Source: an uncultured Gammaproteobacteria bacterium (lineage in GTDB: Bacteria; Patescibacteriota; Patescibacteriia; UBA1558; UBA10009). Taken from it: a stretch of DNA of 64,000 nt. Positions 57,058 to 64,000 of the stretch are shown piece by piece (position 1 is the first letter of the stretch; every line of letters starts with the position of its first letter). The DNA is taken from NCBI GenBank assembly GCA_964588165.1, contig CAZPMS010000001.1, positions 27,303 through 91,302 on the forward strand, in the 5' to 3' direction. The notes under the pieces are model-generated. The model did no database searches. It was given only the letters and a program-made list of their open reading frames with translations, and was not told the origin of the DNA. The translations under genes were made by a program, and so were the position numbers.

Positions 57058-58190
57058 AAGTTATATAAAATGCTATCCATTTGCCGGGCAATATTATCCC
57101 AGCTGTATTTTTTTGATACCTCTAGACCGTTACTTATTAATTTATTTTTTAAACTAATGTCTTTTAATCTTTTAACTTGAGTAGCAATACTTTGAGGATC
57201 TTGGACCTCGCAGACTAATCCTGTTTCGTCACTGACTAAAAAATCTTTAATACCGCCTACTCTAGTGGCAATTATTGGCAAACCAGCGGCCATGGCTTCT
57301 ACAAAAGCATTGCCAAACCCTTCGGAAAGCGAAGGCCGACAGAAAACTTCTGCCAAATTAAGATATTTGTAAAGTTCTTTATTATTAACCTGGCCGGCAA
57401 AAATTACTTTATCTTTAAGTTTAAGATTATCTATTTGCTGCCTAAGTTGAAGCCCTAAATGACCATCGCCCACCAATAATAACTTATATTCGGTCGGCAA
57501 AAAAGTAAGTGAATTTATCAAGTCGGCCAGGCCATTTTTTTCTACCAATCTAGAAACACTGATAATAATTTTGTCTTCATTATTGATTCCTAATTCCTGT
57601 TTTAAAATATTTTTTTCCTGACCACTTATTTTTTTCCTGAAAGATTCCTGATCAAAGCCATTTGGCACAACTTCTAGCTGGCCCTGATAGTCATAGCTCT
57701 TAGCTCTTTTTGCTAACCACTTGCTAATGGCCTGGATTAAATCTGCCTGCCTATAGACTTGTTTATAAAGCGGATACCAAAACCAGGTCCGTTTCATAAT
57801 AAATTCATCACTATCACCGCTTTGTAAGGTAAGTAGGTATTTTACTTGATAGCTCCATTTAAATAACAAAGCTGCCAAGCCGGCATAATTGGCCATCATC
57901 CCCCAGATAATTTCAAATTTATTTTCCTGATGTAAAGATACAGCCCTAAACCAAGCCCAGATAAAAAATAGATATTTATCCAGCCTATTGCCAAAACCGA
58001 CCCGATGGATAAAAATATTGCCACGCTTTTCCTCTTCAGGATTTTTTTTATTAAACCTGGCCGTTATCAAATGGAAATCATAATTATCCAGCCGGTTGGT
58101 AATTTCTTCCAAGGCAAGCTCTGCTCCGCCTATTAAAGGGTGGTAAGAAAGAGAAAAAATTAAAACCTTTTTCTTGTTATTTTCCTTCAT
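57054..58190 (-). CDS. GT4 glycosyltransferase
   Basis: GGAE, SRLVEKNG, EGFGNAFVEAM. Confidence 0.9.
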   Translation of the reverse strand: MKENNKKKVLIFSLSYHPLIGGAELALEEITNRLDNYDFHLITARFNKKNPEEEKRGNIFIHRVGFGNRLDKYLFFIWAWFRAVSLHQENKFEIIWGMMANYAGLAALLFKWSYQVKYLLTLQSGDSDEFIMKRTWFWYPLYKQVYRQADLIQAISKWLAKRAKSYDYQGQLEVVPNGFDQESFRKKISGQEKNILKQELGINNEDKIIISVSRLVEKNGLADLINSLTFLPTEYKLLLVGDGHLGLQLRQQIDNLKLKDKVIFAGQVNNKELYKYLNLAEVFCRPSLSEGFGNAFVEAMAAGLPIIATRVGGIKDFLVSDETGLVCEVQDPQSIATQVKRLKDISLKNKLISNGLEVSKKYSWDNIARQMDSILYNL

Positions 58191-58986
58191 TCAATTTTAA
58201 ATTTATTTCCTTAGCCGTTTTTAACAATTCAAAATCAACGCCATTCTTTTTAGCAAAATCGATTAAGCTGTAAACATCTTTCCTTAAACACTTGCCGCCA
58301 AAACCCCGGTAGCCTTTATGGATTACTTTTAGATGGCTATCCGAAATTCTTTTATCAGCCGCAAAACCTTCGGCCACTTTTTCATAATCAATTCCGCTTA
58401 CCTGGCAGATATCATAAATCTGATTGGCAAAAATTACCTTAAGAGCATAATAATTATTAACCATATATTTAATCATTTCTGCTTCATTGGAACCCATGGC
58501 TTGTTTAAAAGGTGCATCCGGTAAAATTGCTAAAATTTCTTTGGCTACTGGTTGGCTTTTTTGAGTATAGCCAATAATCTGTTTGTCCGGTTTTAGAAAA
58601 TCCTCCACAGCTGTTGCTTCAGTTAGAAATTCCGGATTAAAAAGCACTTTTAGCTCTGGATATTTTTCTTGGTAATCTTTAGTAGTGCCGGGTAAAACAG
58701 TTGATCTTATAACAATAATTTTATCTTTAAGATTGGCTAAATTATTAAAGACATCATCCATTTCGGTTAGATCAAAACCTTTACCCGCTTCGCCGCCCTC
58801 CTTGACGCGAGGCGAGTCATTGGTATAGGGAGTAGGTACGCAAATAAAAATTATATCTTGTCCTAAAACATCTTCCAACGAATCTGAATCGTTATATTTA
58901 TCGTAAATTTTTGCTTCTTTAAAATACTGCTTCATGGCGTTGCCTAAAACACCGCCGCCAAAAATTCCAACTTTTTGTTTATTCAT
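58177..58986 (-). CDS. Short UDP-sugar 6-dehydrogenase homologue lacking the C-terminal domain
   Basis: ICVPTP, RSTVLPGT, NPEFL, EMIKY, GFGGKCL.KD; ends at 269 aa. Confidence 0.82.
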   Translation of the reverse strand: MNKQKVGIFGGGVLGNAMKQYFKEAKIYDKYNDSDSLEDVLGQDIIFICVPTPYTNDSPRVKEGGEAGKGFDLTEMDDVFNNLANLKDKIIVIRSTVLPGTTKDYQEKYPELKVLFNPEFLTEATAVEDFLKPDKQIIGYTQKSQPVAKEILAILPDAPFKQAMGSNEAEMIKYMVNNYYALKVIFANQIYDICQVSGIDYEKVAEGFAADKRISDSHLKVIHKGYRGFGGKCLRKDVYSLIDFAKKNGVDFELLKTAKEINLKLNEGK

Positions 58987-59012
58987 TTTTATGTTCTTAA
59001 ATTTAATTAATA

Positions 59013-59264
59013 TTATCTATACACTTCTTTACGATGGCTAATCATTAAAATAACTATTTGTTTTTCTTCTACATCAAAAATTACCCTATAATTACCAGCC
59101 CTGTATCTATAGTGGCCAAAATCAGGATGGGCCATTGGTTTAGCAAAAGCTAAAGGGTTTTTTTTAGAAATAAAAAAAGATAGCTTTTTAATAATTCTTT
59201 TTCTTGTCTCATCAGGAAGCTTGTCTAAATCTTTTTTCGCTGCTCCGGTAAAAACTATTTTCAT
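59013..59264 (-). CDS. RelE/ParE-family toxin
   Basis: FTGAAKKDLDKL, YRYRAGNYRVIF, HRKEVYR. Confidence 0.88.
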   Translation of the reverse strand: MKIVFTGAAKKDLDKLPDETRKRIIKKLSFFISKKNPLAFAKPMAHPDFGHYRYRAGNYRVIFDVEEKQIVILMISHRKEVYR

Positions 59265-59530
59265 ATGATCTTATCTAAAGGAATTCTTTTTTTATCTGTT
59301 CTGGATTTTGCGACTTTTGCAGTTAGGTACTTAGATTTTAAAATTTCTATATCTTCGTGAAGATCATCTACAAATAACATATGTTTAGGAGGAACTAAAA
59401 ACCCAATGGTTTCTTTATTCCTTACCACTCTAAAAAAGCCGCCATCTTTAATTTTAGCCGCCAGGGCAGATACTTTAGTCTGTAAATCCCTAACAGTTGC
59501 TATTTTTTCTTGGGAAACTGATAAACGCAT
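59261..59530 (-). CDS. Antitoxin (Phd/YefM-like)
   Basis: 89 aa, TVRDLQ.., overlaps toxin start (ATGA). Confidence 0.72.
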   Translation of the reverse strand: MRLSVSQEKIATVRDLQTKVSALAAKIKDGGFFRVVRNKETIGFLVPPKHMLFVDDLHEDIEILKSKYLTAKVAKSRTDKKRIPLDKII

Positions 59531-59566
59531 AATTTTATTAATTAATGGTTGATTTCTTTATAAATA

Positions 59567-59597
59567 TAGTATATACTAAACGTCGTCAATCTGTCAA
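59567..59597 (-). promoter_or_regulatory. TA promoter with palindromic operator candidate
   Basis: Minus strand TTGACA-18nt-TATACT; TAGTATATACTA over the -10. Confidence 0.55.
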
Positions 59598-59674
59598 CAA
59601 TATATTTAATCGCTCTTGCTCTGAATAATAATTTAGGTTATATTATAACATAATAATAATGCTGATTAAAGAAA

Positions 59675-60760
59675 ATGGAAAAAATCATTTATTTAGTAAC
59701 TAAATCTGAATGGGGCGGCGCCCAGGAATATATTTATAACCTGGCAACATCACTGCCTAAAGATAAATTTGATGTTTTAGTTTTGGCCGGTGAAGGCAAT
59801 GGTAAACTATTCAAAGAATTGGCCAAACAAAACATAAAATATCGTAAACTCAAATACACTAAACGATCTATAAACATTTTTTATGACAAACTGGCTCTTT
59901 TGGAATTGATAAAAATATTTAAACATGAAAAGCCGAACATCATCCATCTAAATAGTTCCAAAATAGGTTTTTTAGGCAGCCTAGCCACAAAATTTCTACC
60001 CACTACAAATTACCCACTACAAACTATTTACACCGCCCACGGCTGGGTTTTTAATGAACCGCTCCCCTTCTTATCTAAAAAGCTTTATTATTTTATTGAA
60101 AAATTATCAGCCAAATGGAAAGATACAATTATTACCGTTTCTAAAAATGATGAACAGATAGCAAATAAGTTTAAATTTAAGTCAAAAATAATTACTATTC
60201 CCAACGCTGTTGATCCTGATAATCTCGATTTTTTGAATAAAGACGAGGCAATAAAAAAAATCAGTAAGAACGCGCCCTGGCGCCTTCCTTCCAAGCTAAT
60301 AGGAACTATTGCAAATCTCTATCCCACTAAAGGACTTAACTATTTAATTGATACGGCAAAACTTTTACCTCAATATAAATTCATAATAATCGGTGAAGGA
60401 CCAGCTAGAAAAAATTTAGAAAATCAAATTAAGCATTTGACTTTAAAAAATATAATATTGAAGGGCAGTATTCCACAGGCTCACAAATATTTAAAAGCTT
60501 TTAGCTGTTTTATTTTGCCTTCGGTTAAAGAGGGCATGCCTTATGTAATTCTAAAGGCTATTGCTTCTGATGTGCCGATTGTTACCACTTGCGTTGGCGG
60601 CCTACCGGAAGTTGTAGACAACAATTTTTTGGTTAAACCAGCCGACCCTAAAGCTTTAGCTGATAAGATTAATGAGGTTATTAAAAATCCTGATTTAAAA
60701 CAACAACACACTCCTCCCAGTTTTCATGAGTTTTTAAAGAAAACAATTGAATTATATTAA
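59675..60760 (+). CDS. GT4 glycosyltransferase with two repeat-derived in-frame segments
   Basis: GGAQ, HLNSSK, TAHG, PTKG, PSVKEGMP. Confidence 0.88.
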   Translation: MEKIIYLVTKSEWGGAQEYIYNLATSLPKDKFDVLVLAGEGNGKLFKELAKQNIKYRKLKYTKRSINIFYDKLALLELIKIFKHEKPNIIHLNSSKIGFLGSLATKFLPTTNYPLQTIYTAHGWVFNEPLPFLSKKLYYFIEKLSAKWKDTIITVSKNDEQIANKFKFKSKIITIPNAVDPDNLDFLNKDEAIKKISKNAPWRLPSKLIGTIANLYPTKGLNYLIDTAKLLPQYKFIIIGEGPARKNLENQIKHLTLKNIILKGSIPQAHKYLKAFSCFILPSVKEGMPYVILKAIASDVPIVTTCVGGLPEVVDNNFLVKPADPKALADKINEVIKNPDLKQQHTPPSFHEFLKKTIELY

Positions 60761-60766
60761 TAAAAA

Positions 60767-60794
60767 GTAGGGGTTCAAAATCTTGAACCCCTAC
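60767..60794. repeat. Second GTAG-type 28-bp REP, doubling as a bidirectional terminator
   Basis: AAAAA-GTAGGGGTTCAAAATCTTGAACCCCTAC-TTTTTTT. Confidence 0.75.
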
Positions 60795-60813
60795 TTTTTT
60801 TACTCCAAAACCA

Positions 60814-60841
60814 AACCCAGCCCCTCGCGAGGGGCTGGGTT
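60814..60841 (-). terminator. Strong hairpin terminator of the S-layer-like gene
   Basis: AACCCAGCCCCTCGCGAGGGGCTGGGTT perfect palindrome. Confidence 0.75.
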
Positions 60842-60887
60842 ATTTCAGAGTATCAACTAATACAAGTTGAGATTTAACTAAATTGCT

Positions 60888-63800
60888 TTAGTTAAGAGAT
60901 CTCTGGACATCTAATGTCTTCAACTTATAACCGTTGAAGAAGTCTTTAGATGAAGTGGCAGCAGTACTATTATAGCTGAATTCTGCATCAACATCTTGGT
61001 GGGTATTGTTACCATTTACACCTGTACTATCAGACCAGATGATCCAAGCGGCTGATTCATTAGAAGCATCGCTGTCATCATAGATAGTATCGGTTAAACA
61101 GTACTTGGTAGCACCGTGAGTACTATTATCACCAACTAAGTCACAAGAACCGGCAATACGGGCTGCAGCAGTAGTTGCGCTATCACCATCAAAGAGATAC
61201 ATGCCCATGGAGTCGTTACTGGAAGCGCCAGTATCAACGTTTCCGGCTGTAGCTCTTAAGATGTAATATTTGCTAGTGCCAGCAGTAACTAACCTGTCGT
61301 CATTAAAGACAACGATAATATCATGTGTACTGGAGGCAGAAGCACCAGCAGCGCCTTGACCGGCGATGTTGTGATAAAGAACGCCAGAAGCAGCGCTTAA
61401 TTTACCACCAGCAATACCGGTAGCAGTAGTTCCGGTAGCGCCCCAACCATTGTAGACTTGATAACTATCAGTATTGTTATCGCCTTGAGTTAAGGCAGAT
61501 GCATTACCATAGCTTGAACCTTCCAGGATCTGGAAGTTGGTCAAGGACAGGGTTGAAGAATTAATAACTGTATCGGTGAGTGATAACTTGAAGGATAATT
61601 TCTTCAAGGTTACGTTAGTGCCGCCTTCAGCTGCATCAACTCTAACCCTATATAGATCAACCGGACCATTAGCTAAGGTTAAGTTTTCCGAAGTATCAAC
61701 CACAAATGTTGGCAAAGCGCCATGAACAGTCATAGCATTACCGTTTTGGTCAACATTATTACTGGAGTTGGTAATCTTAGTTGAGCTTGAACCGCCTCCA
61801 ACAGCTTCGAAGTTACCAGCAGCAACAAACCTAGCAATAACAATATCACCGGTATAGGTATTATATGTCTGGTTAATGGCTTCTAAGTTGTAATAAACAT
61901 TAACGGTAGCATAGTTGTTAGATGCAACATAGATAGGATTGTCAGTAATGTTAAAGTCTGCATTAGCGCTAACTACAGCCTGGGTTGCAGTTACAGTATC
62001 ACCAGCTTCATTTTGGTAGCTGATAGTAACACTGTCAATAGCCCTGGTAGAAGTTCCGCCGTTGTTAAACTGCTCGGAAATTCTTATCTTATTAACCTTA
62101 AAGGATTCATTAGTGGACTGGAACCTAAGGTTCATTACTGGGACATCAGAAGTACCGGCAATTACATTAGCCACTGGAGGATTACTTTCGGTAGTAACAT
62201 TTAAGGTACCTTCGTTAGTAATAGTGAGGTAATAGTCACCGCCCATATCAGTAGCCACACCATTACCCTGAGTTATAACCCAAGCAGTACTAAGGTCATT
62301 GTCAGTTAAAGTAACTGATGTGCCGTCGGTATCTTGTGCAGTAATATCACCAACAGCAGCCATATTAAGCTTAACGTACTTGTCGCCGTCAGAACCGTTG
62401 GCATAAGCAGTATTGCTTACATCGCCAACTACCCTTAAGACATGGGTTTCTCCGGCAGGAATTGTCCAACTCATATTATCAAAGGTGACTTTACCGGTAG
62501 TAGAGCCAAAGCCTTCAGAAGTAGAGTTAAGGTTGTTGGTCATATCAGGATCATCAGTCATGTCGTAAATACGCACATTACTGATTAAGTTATTAACATA
62601 AGAGAAGACATCTCCGCCCATATTAATACAATAAGTATCACCGTCTGAACCAGCAGCACAGCCGCCAGCAGCAGCAGGAATACTATTAGCTGTTGTTGGG
62701 GAAGTAGAAGCGTTATAACCGGTAAAGGCTAAGCTTGAAATTTCAATATCAGAACCTTGTCCGGTATTAAAGGCGAATTCGCCTAAGTTAACATCGTCAG
62801 TTCCCTGAACAATAGTTACAGCAGCGGCATTACTGGCCAAAGCCCAACCAACAGAAGCTGCAGCTACTGTCATCTGATTACCAGTTGTATTGGTAGTTGG
62901 AACCAAATCAGTTACCCACTGGTTATTATCAGTATTCTTAACGCCATCAGCACTGTTTAAGGTGTAAGCAGTTTCTGTAGTAGTATACCTTGTACCGCTA
63001 CTACCTAAAACTGCATAGTAGTCATCAGCATCTAAGCTGGTATGCAAGTCTCCCATAATGGCAAAATTCCTGGTTTCACCGGAATCAAAGGTAAAGTAGT
63101 CGGTAAAGTCATAGTAGACACCATCTGCACTATCAATGTTAGTAAAGCCGGAACAGTTAATTGCGCCTGTTGATTCACCATTATCAACGTCAACAATCTT
63201 AACGTTCATAATGTAATCAGTGGCACAAGAATCGCTGGTAGAAGCATCAGTAGCGGCAGTGGCACCAATATCAGAACCGGCACCTGCGTCGCTATGAAGC
63301 TCAACTCTCATCTTTCTCAATTCGGCGTTAATGCCGGCAGTAATAGAGAAATTCATGAAGACTACATCAGTAGCGCCTTTAGCTAAATTAGAAGCTACAG
63401 GGCCGTTCATGGCTACGGTAATCTGGCCGCCCTGGACAACTGAGTAAGTAGAATCACTACAAGTTGCTTCAGTAGTACAACTGGTATCGTTACCATCGTA
63501 ACCTAGATCATCAGCGGCATTGGAAGCATCAGAATCAACACTGGCTCCAAAGCCATAGACAGCGCCAACGGCAAAAATGTCGGCATTATCTTCCAAATAG
63601 ATCTTAACGGTATCATTATTCCTGGCAGAACCGGAAATATCTGCAGTTACCTTAAAGATTCTATTGGTATTCTTTTCCAAGAGGAAAGGATTTGCTGATA
63701 AATCAAAGATAATTAAGCTTTTGTTGGTAATAGAAGCAACAGAGCCTAATTCAGTGTTGCCTTGATAAAGCTTCATATTTGTTAGGTAAGCATTATTAAC

Positions 63801-63998
63801 GCTACCTGCTTGATACAAAGTAACTCTATTAAGGTTTACATCTTCACCGGAACCGGCAGTTAGCTTAAACTGGGCAATATTTGCGCCAATTTGGCCAACA
63901 ACAGGATTGGAAATAGAACCGTTCTCATCAATAACCACAGAACCGGCAGTAGAAGAACCAATGGTTACGGTATTACTGTTTAATGGGAAAGAACCATT
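60888..63998 (-). CDS. Large S-layer-like/beta-rich surface protein, 3' part (5' end beyond window)
   Basis: Frame open to window end (..NGSFPLNSNTVTIGSSTAGSVVIDENG); S/T/N/G/A/D-rich, low Lys, repeated Ig-like modules, higher GC and biased codons. Confidence 0.75.
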   Translation of the reverse strand, partial: NGSFPLNSNTVTIGSSTAGSVVIDENGSISNPVVGQIGANIAQFKLTAGSGEDVNLNRVTLYQAGSVNNAYLTNMKLYQGNTELGSVASITNKSLIIFDLSANPFLLEKNTNRIFKVTADISGSARNNDTVKIYLEDNADIFAVGAVYGFGASVDSDASNAADDLGYDGNDTSCTTEATCSDSTYSVVQGGQITVAMNGPVASNLAKGATDVVFMNFSITAGINAELRKMRVELHSDAGAGSDIGATAATDASTSDSCATDYIMNVKIVDVDNGESTGAINCSGFTNIDSADGVYYDFTDYFTFDSGETRNFAIMGDLHTSLDADDYYAVLGSSGTRYTTTETAYTLNSADGVKNTDNNQWVTDLVPTTNTTGNQMTVAAASVGWALASNAAAVTIVQGTDDVNLGEFAFNTGQGSDIEISSLAFTGYNASTSPTTANSIPAAAGGCAAGSDGDTYCINMGGDVFSYVNNLISNVRIYDMTDDPDMTNNLNSTSEGFGSTTGKVTFDNMSWTIPAGETHVLRVVGDVSNTAYANGSDGDKYVKLNMAAVGDITAQDTDGTSVTLTDNDLSTAWVITQGNGVATDMGGDYYLTITNEGTLNVTTESNPPVANVIAGTSDVPVMNLRFQSTNESFKVNKIRISEQFNNGGTSTRAIDSVTISYQNEAGDTVTATQAVVSANADFNITDNPIYVASNNYATVNVYYNLEAINQTYNTYTGDIVIARFVAAGNFEAVGGGSSSTKITNSSNNVDQNGNAMTVHGALPTFVVDTSENLTLANGPVDLYRVRVDAAEGGTNVTLKKLSFKLSLTDTVINSSTLSLTNFQILEGSSYGNASALTQGDNNTDSYQVYNGWGATGTTATGIAGGKLSAASGVLYHNIAGQGAAGASASSTHDIIVVFNDDRLVTAGTSKYYILRATAGNVDTGASSNDSMGMYLFDGDSATTAAARIAGSCDLVGDNSTHGATKYCLTDTIYDDSDASNESAAWIIWSDSTGVNGNNTHQDVDAEFSYNSTAATSSKDFFNGYKLKTLDVQRSLN

Positions 63999-64000
63999 AA

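Noticed and set aside
58177-58986. Pseudogene of ugd
   Set aside because: Intact start, catalytic GGxCL motif retained, stop overlaps the next gene, and no remnant of the missing domain; more likely a naturally short form.
406-62204. Numerous 60-143 aa ORFs antisense to or nested in long genes (e.g. 406-612, 2980-3411, 20979-21410, 31826-32233, 51050-51427)
   Set aside because: Shadow frames of well-supported genes, with no motifs or expression signals.
1-64000. tRNA, rRNA, prophage, DGR/retron or alternative genetic code
   Set aside because: No cloverleaf or rRNA-like tracts, and no phage structural or reverse transcriptase genes recognised; full-length ORFs read under code 11 with TGA stops.

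Overview
AT-rich bacterial window, most likely from a CPR/Patescibacteria (Parcubacteria/ABY1-like) genome. This assignment is an inference from SD-less, tightly packed genes, gene content and a giant S-layer-type gene; TGA serves as a stop, so the code is standard 11. Nearly the whole window is one large surface-glycan locus, mostly on the minus strand, lying downstream of a >1000-aa S-layer-like gene. It contains NDP-sugar enzymes (ugd, two UXS-like, epimerases), metK, two nonulosonic-acid modules (2x NeuA, 2x NeuB, NeuC, HAD, SDR, transketolase, ALDH, 2-hydroxyacid dehydrogenase) and three paralogous putative ulosonate transferases. It also has eight GT4s, GT2/GT-C/LAB_N, Wzx, a priming transferase, an O-antigen-ligase/TPR protein, methyltransferases, an AsnB amidotransferase, CysD/CysN, an AlkP-family enzyme and a RelE/Phd-type TA pair. 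The most unusual signals are non-coding. (1) About 100-bp periodic imperfect palindromes built from 7-nt units occupy gene junctions; three share a strict 6+6 unit, 3-3-2-3-3 spacer design. (2) Five self-contained plus-strand cassettes each have a sigma70 promoter, a boxA-like motif, an SD and a terminator, in an otherwise SD-less locus. (3) A RAYT-type HUH transposase has cognate 28-bp REPs, including one inside its own gene. (4) Many short GC-rich palindromes are inserted in frame in enzymes or nested in other repeats. No rRNA, tRNA or CRISPR array was seen. All calls come from manual motif reading; no database searches were run.
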